Shown here one piece after another: positions 1-9,190 of a stretch of 22,809 bases of DNA. Both the position numbers and the translations under genes were made by a program. Where the stretch lies: assembly GCA_010093995.1 (NCBI GenBank), contig ML992507.1, forward strand, positions 1,511,147 through 1,533,955, in the 5' to 3' direction. Each line of letters starts with the position of its first letter. Position 1 is the first letter of the stretch. The DNA is from Elsinoe ampelina (lineage: Eukaryota). Below the pieces are notes generated by a model. The model saw only the letters and a list, made by a program, of their open reading frames with translations. It searched no databases and was not told the origin of the DNA.

Positions 1-3000
1 TCACCAATACAGGCTGTCCGGCGACCAGTGTGAGATCGGATGAGGAGCGCGATCGACGCCTTTTGCGTAGGAGAGCATCGACATGCGATCACAGTTGGCA
101 ACGTGACTGCCAAAGAAATGAATGTCTGCTGATGGTGTTGCAAGAAAAGTGCAAGCGATTGACCATCAATCAGAAGGCAAGCGGAGGGCTGAGAATGCAG
201 TACCGAAAGTGCGTCGAGTGCAGCATCCTTTCGCTTCAGATTTGCGATGGTATGGATGTACTGACCTCGAGCGACAAGCTTCGAGCTCACAGCAACGCAG
301 CGAGCAGTCTCAACTTTGTCTCCAGTCAACATCCAGATCTTGATACCAGCGTTGCGCAGTAGCTCCAGTGATGGCTTGATGTTCGCCTGCAATTTGTCCT
401 CCACTCCGGTAACTCCCAGAAGCTCCAAATCGTGCTCCAGATGACTCTTGACGGTTCTTGCCATCGACGCTTCGCGGTTCGATAGGCTCAAAGACGCAGC
501 ATTGTACTCCGTGAGGAAAGATTGGTACTGTCCGGCCGATAGAGCTCGTCGACCGATGACCAGCGTTCGTAGACCTTCTCGTGCCATATTTCCAGTCTCT
601 TCGTCAAGCCAGTCATTGGCGGCGACGATCGAGGTCATGACGGTATCTGCACCCTTTTGGAAGAAGTAGATATCGCCTGTGCTCGAATCGGATGTGATGA
701 ACTTGGCAATGATACCCATGCGCTTGCTATCGGAGGTGAAAGGGAAGATGTTCAAAATGGATATCTTGACGACAGTCCGCTCGTCTTTAGCATATTGCAG
801 GGTGATAGTCTTCCTGTCTCGGTGTAGCAGCCGCAAACCAACTTGCTCTGTCCAACGAACGATGGCTATCTCGTCAGGCGAGGAAGCCTGATATGATGTG
901 ATGATTTTGCCATCGATCTCTTCGTTTGTTGGCGTGACATTATGACATAGAGCCAGCGCAAGCACGAGGTCCCTGACTCTGGATCCAATCTCGCGTCTCG
1001 TACGAGTACCTGTCACAGGCCCAACTCCAATTGTGGTCGATGGATTGAATAGATCTTGAGATTCGCCAGATGCAGAAGCGAATGCTTGCTTGATGTACGA
1101 TGCTACTTCATCCATGGCTTCGTTTGCGTACGAGACCGTCCCGACGTGGACCTTCTTTAGCTCCATCTCATTTTGCGTTAGGGTTCCAGTCTTGTCGCTG
1201 AGCAGATATTCGATCCGTCCCAGATCCTCTGGAATTGTGCTAGTGCGAACAACTGTCTCAGGTATGCCCTTATCTCTCTGAATAAACCATGCGTACACGG
1301 ACTTGCCCATGTCTAAATTGACACGAAGACTGATGGGTACAATCGTGGAGAATAAGATTAGGAAGCGCATGACAGCGACGTACCACTTCATATTTCCATC
1401 TAGGTTGAATCCGTGCACTGCAACCAGGCCAAAGGATAGAGCCAAGGTCAAGAAACAGAGAATCTTCGTCAATGAATTGATCTCGTACTCCAACAGACCA
1501 GTCTTTGATCTTGACGATGAGGTGGAAAGAGCCGCCCGTGTCTCGCTACCCGTATATATCACCACCGCGAGGACCGTAGAGCTGGAGGCCAAGACGGTAT
1601 TTGCCCAAGCAGTGTTGTCGATGGACAGAGGCTGAGACTTTGGCTGCTCGTTTTCTGTGTCTTCTGCCCCTTGTCCTTCCGCGATATCCGGTTTGGCGAC
1701 ATGAGGGTCGTAATGGGTAGTCTTTGAGGGTATCAATTCCAGAGTGCCGACAAAGTCATTGACTTTTCGATCAGGTTTGCCAGCCACAAGACGAAGTCGT
1801 GTGAACTCCTCCACAGAGAGATTTTGTGATAGAGGTGCTGCGAGACGAAGCTTCCAGTCTGTCTCTCCATCGAGCTGATCCGTTCGAATAAAGGCTTCAC
1901 CACCAGCGCTGGGATCCGAAGAAGTGGTTTCGTTCACAGTTTTACCATCGACCTTGTCAGGTTCGCCGATTGTATCGATGAGATCAGCTGCAATATCTGC
2001 AGACTCTTTGCGAGGAGTCGTCGCTGCGACATCGATGGTGTTTTCCTGCGAGAAACTCTTTAGAATAATGACATCCGCTGGGAATCTAGAATCTTTCTCC
2101 ATGACAAGTACATCCCCAACCTTCAGATCTTTTGCACTCTTAAAAACGCGTCTCCTCTCGATCGCTTCCGTATCTGAGAGGTCGTGCCGGGTCGTCTCGT
2201 CATACTCTTGCGTGCCTTGCGCTTCATCCGCCCTCTTCCGACGCTGTAATTTCTTTCGTCTGATGCCCAGCTTTGATGTTGTTGACTCATTATCGTCCAG
2301 GCGCAGAACGGCATACAGCTCTGAGTTGGCTTCACTGTCTCGTTTTCGTCTTTGTATGTCATCCATAGCCTCTTTCCCCAGAGTTATCATAAGCACAAAG
2401 GCCAGAGGTGCAACATATGTACTGAGCATCCCAATCCGAAGAGGCTTGATCAGTTGCGAGAGAGCAACCAGAAGAAAGTACATGTTGAAGAAGAAAGAGA
2501 ATTCATTATAAAGCGTCCGAGGCAGAAATGACACAGGGGTATATTTTGCATTGGAAACAGCATTCGAAGGAAACTTGTGTTCTTGTCGTAATCCAACATG
2601 GATAGTTCTGTCCGATGCTGGATCGTGCTCTTCATCTTGTTCCTGGTCTGTAGGCGTGAGTGCTAGCTGGGGCGGTCTCTCCGAGGATAAGAAACGTGAT
2701 TTGAGCTGAGCAAAAGAAGGTCGCTTTCGTCCTTCCGGTGGAGGCTCTCCGCGCAGTAATGGTGCATCATCGTCGCCAAACCCGAGACTGGATCCAGAGT
2801 CTGGCGCTAGCTGCTGTGACCGGTCGACCAGGCCCTCAAGATCCTCATCGTCGCCGTCTGCTGCGGGTCTGCGATACCCTTTGCGGCCACCTATACGAAG
2901 ATTCCGGAGCGGTATTTGAGTCCGTAACTCCAAGCTCTTATTCTTCTGTTTCCCCTTTGATCGTTCCGAAAACCCATGCCCGTTTGCAGTCTGTGGGTCT

Positions 3001-3065
3001 AGCTCCTGCAAATCAAGGTCGACGTCCGAATCATCATCGCCGTACAAGTCCGCGGGCTCTGGCAT
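1..3065 (-). CDS. NEO1: P4-type ATPase phospholipid flippase, Neo1/ATP9 subfamily; 3' part lies beyond the left edge
   Basis: Missing from the ORF track because there is no stop in the window. Manual minus-strand translation from ATG 3065 gives MPEPADLYGDDDSDVDLDLQELDP...FPSNAVSNAKYTPVSFLPRTLYNEFSFFFNMYFLLVALSQ. Also TDQLDGETDWKLR (~1850-1885; DGETDWK is Neo1-type), the phosphorylation motif SDKTGTLTQNEM (~1165-1200), and RTACIG(D) at the window edge (start of the GDGGND hinge). Start codon, DKTGT and the edge motif share one frame, consistent with no intron. Confidence 0.96.
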   Translation of the reverse strand, partial: MPEPADLYGDDDSDVDLDLQELDPQTANGHGFSERSKGKQKNKSLELRTQIPLRNLRIGGRKGYRRPAADGDDEDLEGLVDRSQQLAPDSGSSLGFGDDDAPLLRGEPPPEGRKRPSFAQLKSRFLSSERPPQLALTPTDQEQDEEHDPASDRTIHVGLRQEHKFPSNAVSNAKYTPVSFLPRTLYNEFSFFFNMYFLLVALSQLIKPLRIGMLSTYVAPLAFVLMITLGKEAMDDIQRRKRDSEANSELYAVLRLDDNESTTSKLGIRRKKLQRRKRADEAQGTQEYDETTRHDLSDTEAIERRRVFKSAKDLKVGDVLVMEKDSRFPADVIILKSFSQENTIDVAATTPRKESADIAADLIDTIGEPDKVDGKTVNETTSSDPSAGGEAFIRTDQLDGETDWKLRLAAPLSQNLSVEEFTRLRLVAGKPDRKVNDFVGTLELIPSKTTHYDPHVAKPDIAEGQGAEDTENEQPKSQPLSIDNTAWANTVLASSSTVLAVVIYTGSETRAALSTSSSRSKTGLLEYEINSLTKILCFLTLALSFGLVAVHGFNLDGNMKWYVAVMRFLILFSTIVPISLRVNLDMGKSVYAWFIQRDKGIPETVVRTSTIPEDLGRIEYLLSDKTGTLTQNEMELKKVHVGTVSYANEAMDEVASYIKQAFASASGESQDLFNPSTTIGVGPVTGTRTRREIGSRVRDLVLALALCHNVTPTNEEIDGKIITSYQASSPDEIAIVRWTEQVGLRLLHRDRKTITLQYAKDERTVVKISILNIFPFTSDSKRMGIIAKFITSDSSTGDIYFFQKGADTVMTSIVAANDWLDEETGNMAREGLRTLVIGRRALSAGQYQSFLTEYNAASLSLSNREASMARTVKSHLEHDLELLGVTGVEDKLQANIKPSLELLRNAGIKIWMLTGDKVETARCVAVSSKLVARGQYIHTIANLKRKDAALDALSVLHSQPSACLLIDGQSLALFLQHHQQTFISLAVTLPTVIACRCSPTQKASIALLIRSHTGRRTACIG

Positions 3066-3502
3066 ACCTCATTGGCGCTTCGAAAGGTCGTGTGGATGTG
3101 TGTCAAGTCCGAGTGGGTGCGATCGTTTGTGTGATAGAGTGTATATTTGTGGTCGCTATTCGAAGTTGAGATTATTTCTTTGTCTGTCATGTTATGAAGT
3201 TAGGTATGTAGCAGCCTATAGAGAGGCCATTTGCGGCGGCCGGAGCTGTAGCGGACGGACCAACCAACAAGATTACTTCACGTCTTACTCTTCGCAATCT
3301 ACAATATTTTCCAGCGATCTCTTCGGAGATAGATTATCTCATCGGCATCGCCTTGACCGCCCATCTGTACCATAAAACGACCTGGTGTATAATAGAATGG
3401 CGCGCCTGTCAAGCGGACCTACACAGCTCACATGAAAGTGAGGACACCTACTCCATGTCTACGATCGTTCTACAATTGCGACCCTAGCATCAACTCGCAG
3501 AG
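3066..3502. promoter_or_regulatory. Putative bidirectional promoter between NEO1 and SEC16 (437 bp)
   Basis: Two divergent start codons lie 437 bp apart. No specific sites were identified with confidence. Confidence 0.6.
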
Positions 3503-6500
3503 ATGGCAAACCCTACCTCCGGCTCGACGCTCCTGTATCCTTCCGGCAATGCTTCTTGGAATCCAGCATTGAGACAACATTTCGAGACGCCATCGCCCGA
3601 TGCGCTCGCACATTCTCCTGCCTTGCCCGATGGACCGAACGATACTGAAGGCATAATAGAGGGCGAAGAGGAGAACACAACACCCGGCGATGTATCTGCG
3701 GGAGTCGGAACCACGAGCAGCAATGCCTACATCACCCAACACGATTCGGAGTTGGCGGTCGATACCGGTCCAGCAGTGGATCAGGCGCAAATGATTCCGC
3801 ATCTCCAAACGGCGACACATTCGCCCACCACTGCACCCCAACCGGACGCCTCACCGGAAGCTCAGCCGGAAGTGACCATGTCAGCGGACGATGATATCGG
3901 CGCGCAGGGGAGCAGGGATGTGGATGAGGAGATTATCCCTGGGGCTGCAAATCAAGTGCTGACAATGGACTCGGCTGATGAAGCTGTTCCGGTCGATCTC
4001 GAGGCGATACAACAGGCCGTACATGCTCCCCTTCAGATGGAAGTACCGCATGAAGATGCCACGGTTACAGATCTGCCTTCGGAGGACCCAATCTACTCTC
4101 CGAACCATACACAGTACGAGCATCAAGGAGATGCCACGGAAGCAGATATCGCAGTTGATGAAGCACCCACAGCTAGCTTATTACGCGAGCCCGAAGCTGG
4201 ACCCGACCTAGATTCTCCTATGGAACAGAGTAATGTTGAAATCACGGAAGAGGTGTTGGACAACGGAATCGCTAGCTTCGAGGACGTTACCAAGTCTGAT
4301 CAGCTCGGCAATTCAAAAGCATCAGAGTGGGACGATATAGAGGGCGGAGATGACTTTGAGAACATACTTGGAAAGTCTAGAGAGGTACCAACGAACGACC
4401 CGTTTGCTTCGGAGTTACAAGATTCCGACGCATTCCCACAGTCTGAGCCCGTGGTAGACCCGTTCGCAGCTGCATTGGCTGAAGATGATCTTAGCGAGGA
4501 GTCACAGAAAACAACAGGGCAAGAGATTCGAGATAATCAAGAGGACATTGAAGATCTCTGGGCAGCAGCGCTCGACGACGACGATCTATTGGATACCTCT
4601 GGAGCTGTCGATCCCAGTGGCTTCTTCGACGATGACGATGACGGAGGTTTTCTTGGTGACGATGTTACCAGTAGCGGTGATCAAGTCCCGCCTCTGCCAG
4701 CACAAACACAGCCGGCGCAGAGAAATATCAGCTACGCACCAGCTTCTGCTCCACAGCAACAGCAGAATCAGTATGCGCCCGTGTCACAATCACCTCTAAA
4801 CTATACTCAACAGTCTTTTGGGCCTCGACCAGCGTCAACTCCAACATCTTTCTTGCCGGTCATGCCGAATCAGTTCACAGAGTCCATCCCAGCGTCGCAA
4901 AGACCGACGCCAGCATCTTCTAGCAGCTTCGTTGACAAGTCGAAATCTGGCTATAGCTCACCATACGATCTACCTACAGACATTGTGGCTCCTCGCAGGC
5001 GAGCGCCAGCACCAGTGACGGCGCCAGTACAGGCGACTGCTCCACCTCCTCGAACCAGCAGCATGAGCAGCATGAATGCACCGCTAGGTGGACCACCTAG
5101 GCCACCTTCCAACGTATCTGCCATAGTTTCACCCACCACACCTTCCACGCAGACATCACAAGTGTCTCCAAGGAAAGTCAGCAATGACAAGTCTGGGTTT
5201 TTCGCAGATCTGCCTATTGCGCCCAAGGTGAGGTCGAGGCAACCTACATATACTCCAGCACCGGCGAATGCAATTGCAGCACCACCCCAACAGCCTCAAC
5301 CACCGAGATCTCTACCTCAGCCCTCGGCACCTCTTCCATCAGCCCCACAGCCACAAACGTATGGTGGACTGCAGCAGCCGGCGAGGCTCCCACTTTACCC
5401 GGATCAGATCGATCCATCTGGTGCACTATCTTCTCAACCACATGCGCCACCTGCAGCCACAAATCGATACTCGCCTGCTCCAGCAAGCCAACAAATCCCG
5501 CAAGGCAACAGATTCTCTCCCATGCCCCCAGCGCCTCCTGTGCAAAGCAGATATGCGGCAGCTCCTGGTGCACCAACGACTGCTGCCCAGCGTGCCCACT
5601 CTTTCATTCCGAAAACCTCAAGTCCACTCGCGTACCACGACGAGACTGAACAAGCAAAGCCTCGACAGGGATCCCTCACAAATATGGGGACCGACGCTGA
5701 TGCTGGACGGATACTAGGCCACAGATCACGTCTCTCCGGCCAACTTGACGATGATGCCATGATTCGAAGTCATCCAGAGAGGACGTTGACTCCACCACAA
5801 GGCGCAGCCAAGTCTGCCTCTGCACAAAGCTCTCCACGACATTCCACAAGGTATGCACCGTATGAAACGGGATCTGCTCGGGCAATCTCACCCCCGAATC
5901 GCCCACAGACGCAGTCTCCACTACAAACCAAGAGAGGCCCATCATCGTACGCTCCAGCTGCGGATCGCCGAACATCTACAGCATATGCTTCGCAACCTGT
6001 CCAGTCGTCTCAGCCTCAACTCGCTCTACCAAGTCGACGACAGTTTTCCACCGACCTCAACTTTGACGTGCCACAGGATGAGCGATCTGCGGATCACCTT
6101 GAGAGATGGAAAGGCCATCCCATCTTCCGATGGGCGCCCAGCGGCATCTTGATCAGCAGCTTTGCTAAACAGATGCCCTTCTATGCCGCAGGTCACGCAA
6201 TTCCAGTGATTAAGTGTACGGCTGGGCCGATCACTATTCATGACACCAAGGAGACATTCCCGCTGAGCGACAAGGACAATCGATTTCCAGGACCTCTACA
6301 GGGCAAGGGGAAAGGCAAGAAAAAAGACGTCGTAGCCTGGATGACGGCAAAAATAGAAGCTATGGATAAGGAGCTCGGTGAGACTCTGCTCGATCTGAGT
6401 ACGCCTACCCTGATCAAGCAGCGTGCAGAAGAGAAACTCCTGCTGTGGAAGATTGTGCAATTATTTATAGAGCACGACAACGCTCTTGAGGGAAAAGCCG

Positions 6501-9190
6501 GCGTTGACGATGCCATCCGACGACTTCTACTGCCCGGTGACATCGATGATTTATCCCCTCTAGTTGCACAACTTGATGCGGATCGGCAAGGTTCTGCTCC
6601 CGATCAAATAGATCCAAATGCGCTTGCCGAGGTCCGCAAGTTGCTGTTCGCAGGTCAACGTGAGAAAGCCGTGTGGTTGGCGACTGAGAAGAAGTTGTGG
6701 TCCCATGCCATGCTCATTGCCTCCACCATGGGCCCAGAGATCTGGAAGCAGTTGATCCATGAGTTTGTCAAATCGCAGGTCAAGGGTCCTGGTGACGGTA
6801 TGAGAAGTCTCGCAGCAGTATATGAGGTCTTTGGTGGCAATCACGACGAGAGTATTGATGAGCTGGTCCCGCCTTTTGCACGAGCTGGTCTGACCCTTGG
6901 CAACGGAGTTGGTGCATCAGCAGCTAGCATAGATGGCCTTGAAAAGTGGCGAGAAACTTTGAGCTTGATTCTCAGCAATCGCAGCGCCAACGATGGGCAA
7001 GCTATTGCGGCTCTTGGAAAGCTTCTCGCTGGCTATGGTCGCGTAGAGGCTGCCCACACCTGCTATCTATTTGCGCGGACTTTCGTCAACCACAGCGGCA
7101 CTGATGATCCAGAGGCGGCTTTCGTCCTTCTGGGTGCAGATCACAAGGCTCACAGTCCAGCTCTTGGCAGTGATCTGGATTCTATTATGCTCACGGAGGT
7201 GTACGAGTATGCTCAATCACTAAACCCCACACCAGGGGTCTCGTCGGTGATACCGCACCTTCAAGCCTACAAGTTGATACATGCATATGGCCTGGCTGAT
7301 CATGGAATGCGTTCAGAAGCCCAGAGCTATTGCGAATCCATCTACCAAGCGATCAAATCGACGACACGAGCATCGCCGTACTACCACGTGGCATTCACTA
7401 CCGCAGTCGAGGACCTCAATCGCTGTCTGTCGCAGGCGCCTCAAACGTCATCCTCGACCGGGCTATTCTCCAAACTGTCATCTGACAAGATGTCTGGAAG
7501 CATGTGGAAACGCTTCAACACCTTTGTCGCTGGAGACGACGACGACAATGCTTCAACTGGCTCGGGCCCAGGAGATCACGGTGACACTGCAGGACCGTTT
7601 GGGAAAGTCACCGGCAACAGTCCAGCAATTAGTCGGGCTCCTTCTAACGCGGACCTGTACGGAGCAATGTCAATGGGGGCAGGCATGAACGGTAGTGTCG
7701 CTTATGGGACATCGCCAATGTCACCGAACGCCGTCTATAATACCTCTCCTGGTCAAGCTGTCCAACAAGGAAACGACCGCACAGTCAGTGGACGGTACGC
7801 ACCTCAGGCTCCGGGAGCCCTCACGGCTCAGAGGAAAGCCAGTACCACTCGACCCTACGAGCCACAACGGACAGCATCTGGGTACATCCCACCTGCTGCG
7901 GGAACAAGAGCGCCGTCAAAATCATACGCTCCTTACACACCTCAGCCACAGGAAGGTAGGCAGCCCAGCTACGGCGCTTATACTCCTGCAGTAAAACCGG
8001 ATCAGCCAGTAAGGTCATCCTCGGACTACAATGTACCATATTCGATCGGGCAAGGTGCGCAGCCCACGATTCGACCTCCGTCAGCGGGATTGCATGTCCC
8101 GCCTGGTCTCGGATCTCCATACAAGCCTCAACCATCACCACTCAGCGCCGAATCTTCCCCACCCTCGCAGAATGGATATGTTCCGTCAATAACACAATCA
8201 CCTGAACCTGCTTCCGACCACCATGTAGAAGAAAGTCAAGGGTATGAACCTCCATCAGCGACTTTCCAGTCGCCAGCATCGAATAGCTACGAGCCGCCGT
8301 CTGCATCTTTCGAGCCACCCACGGCATCCTACGATCCTCCTTCAGCGTCCTATGAGCCTCCATCTGCCTCCTTTGATGATGAGCCAGCTCCATCCTCCGA
8401 AGACCCTTCATCATCCTACGAACCTCCCATCTCGTCATACCAACCGTACGAGCCTACCTACGACGACACCCCAGCCGACGACGAACCCCGACCGAAAAGG
8501 AAAGGCATCATGGACCTCTCAGACGACGAAGACTTCCCCCGCCCCACCCCTCCACCAAAACAACCCTCATCCTCATCCACCGCCGCAGACCGCGCCGCAG
8601 CCGACAAAGCAGCCGACGAGGCCTTCCGCAAAGCCGCCGAAGCCGACGCCGAGCGCGACAAACAAGCCAAAGAACTCGCGGCCAAGAAAGGCTGGTTCGG
8701 CGGCTGGTTCGGCAAGAAAGGCAGCGAAGACCTCGACCAACAACCTAAAGCCATCCGAGCCAAGCTGGGCGAAGAGAACAGTTTCTACTTCGACAAGGAC
8801 CTCGGCAAATGGGTCAACAAAAAAGGTGGCAAAGAAGAGGAGACAAAAGCCGCCGCCACTCCGCCCCCGCCTATGGCTGGGCCACGCAAGGGGACGCCTG
8901 CTCCCCCCATGGGGCCGGGGAGTGCCCCGCCGAGTAGAGTCGCGAGCGGTGTTGGGCTCGCGGGTGCGGGAGGACCGCCGAGTCGACCGCCGACGTCGGT
9001 GCCGAACGGGACGCCACCGCTTGGTGGGCCGAGGACGGGAACGCCGGGGTTGGAGATGCCGAGTAGGCCGGGGACGGGGTTGAGCAATGCTAGTAGCATC
9101 GATGATTTGTTGGGACCGGCGGGGGCGAAGAAAGGGACGGTGAGGGGGAAGAAGAAGGGGGGGAGGTATGTGGATGTTATGGCTAAGTAG
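3503..9190 (+). CDS. SEC16: COPII coat assembly / ER exit site scaffold Sec16 (1895 aa)
   Basis: Acidic and Pro/Ser-rich disordered N-terminus. Central conserved domain motifs RWKGHPIFRW, FPGPL, LWSHAMLIAS, KWRETLSLILSNR, AAHTCYLFA and HLQAYKL. C-terminal motifs KGWFGGWF, AKLGEENSFYFDKDLGKWVNKK, SIDDLLG and RYVDVM are typical of fungal Sec16. The exact start codon is less certain. Confidence 0.95.
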   Translation: MANPTSGSTLLYPSGNASWNPALRQHFETPSPDALAHSPALPDGPNDTEGIIEGEEENTTPGDVSAGVGTTSSNAYITQHDSELAVDTGPAVDQAQMIPHLQTATHSPTTAPQPDASPEAQPEVTMSADDDIGAQGSRDVDEEIIPGAANQVLTMDSADEAVPVDLEAIQQAVHAPLQMEVPHEDATVTDLPSEDPIYSPNHTQYEHQGDATEADIAVDEAPTASLLREPEAGPDLDSPMEQSNVEITEEVLDNGIASFEDVTKSDQLGNSKASEWDDIEGGDDFENILGKSREVPTNDPFASELQDSDAFPQSEPVVDPFAAALAEDDLSEESQKTTGQEIRDNQEDIEDLWAAALDDDDLLDTSGAVDPSGFFDDDDDGGFLGDDVTSSGDQVPPLPAQTQPAQRNISYAPASAPQQQQNQYAPVSQSPLNYTQQSFGPRPASTPTSFLPVMPNQFTESIPASQRPTPASSSSFVDKSKSGYSSPYDLPTDIVAPRRRAPAPVTAPVQATAPPPRTSSMSSMNAPLGGPPRPPSNVSAIVSPTTPSTQTSQVSPRKVSNDKSGFFADLPIAPKVRSRQPTYTPAPANAIAAPPQQPQPPRSLPQPSAPLPSAPQPQTYGGLQQPARLPLYPDQIDPSGALSSQPHAPPAATNRYSPAPASQQIPQGNRFSPMPPAPPVQSRYAAAPGAPTTAAQRAHSFIPKTSSPLAYHDETEQAKPRQGSLTNMGTDADAGRILGHRSRLSGQLDDDAMIRSHPERTLTPPQGAAKSASAQSSPRHSTRYAPYETGSARAISPPNRPQTQSPLQTKRGPSSYAPAADRRTSTAYASQPVQSSQPQLALPSRRQFSTDLNFDVPQDERSADHLERWKGHPIFRWAPSGILISSFAKQMPFYAAGHAIPVIKCTAGPITIHDTKETFPLSDKDNRFPGPLQGKGKGKKKDVVAWMTAKIEAMDKELGETLLDLSTPTLIKQRAEEKLLLWKIVQLFIEHDNALEGKAGVDDAIRRLLLPGDIDDLSPLVAQLDADRQGSAPDQIDPNALAEVRKLLFAGQREKAVWLATEKKLWSHAMLIASTMGPEIWKQLIHEFVKSQVKGPGDGMRSLAAVYEVFGGNHDESIDELVPPFARAGLTLGNGVGASAASIDGLEKWRETLSLILSNRSANDGQAIAALGKLLAGYGRVEAAHTCYLFARTFVNHSGTDDPEAAFVLLGADHKAHSPALGSDLDSIMLTEVYEYAQSLNPTPGVSSVIPHLQAYKLIHAYGLADHGMRSEAQSYCESIYQAIKSTTRASPYYHVAFTTAVEDLNRCLSQAPQTSSSTGLFSKLSSDKMSGSMWKRFNTFVAGDDDDNASTGSGPGDHGDTAGPFGKVTGNSPAISRAPSNADLYGAMSMGAGMNGSVAYGTSPMSPNAVYNTSPGQAVQQGNDRTVSGRYAPQAPGALTAQRKASTTRPYEPQRTASGYIPPAAGTRAPSKSYAPYTPQPQEGRQPSYGAYTPAVKPDQPVRSSSDYNVPYSIGQGAQPTIRPPSAGLHVPPGLGSPYKPQPSPLSAESSPPSQNGYVPSITQSPEPASDHHVEESQGYEPPSATFQSPASNSYEPPSASFEPPTASYDPPSASYEPPSASFDDEPAPSSEDPSSSYEPPISSYQPYEPTYDDTPADDEPRPKRKGIMDLSDDEDFPRPTPPPKQPSSSSTAADRAAADKAADEAFRKAAEADAERDKQAKELAAKKGWFGGWFGKKGSEDLDQQPKAIRAKLGEENSFYFDKDLGKWVNKKGGKEEETKAAATPPPPMAGPRKGTPAPPMGPGSAPPSRVASGVGLAGAGGPPSRPPTSVPNGTPPLGGPRTGTPGLEMPSRPGTGLSNASSIDDLLGPAGAKKGTVRGKKKGGRYVDVMAK
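8285..8368 (+). repeat. In-frame 21-nt coding tandem repeat in SEC16, 4 x S-[YF]-[ED]-P-P-[ST]-A
   Basis: agctacgagccgccgtctgca / tctttcgagccacccacggca / tcctacgatcctccttcagcg / tcctatgagcctccatctgcc, with further degenerate YEPP units on both sides. Confidence 0.85.

Noticed and set aside
30..2511. Plus-strand ORFs of 60-195 aa over the left end
   Set aside because: They are antisense shadows of the NEO1 coding frame.
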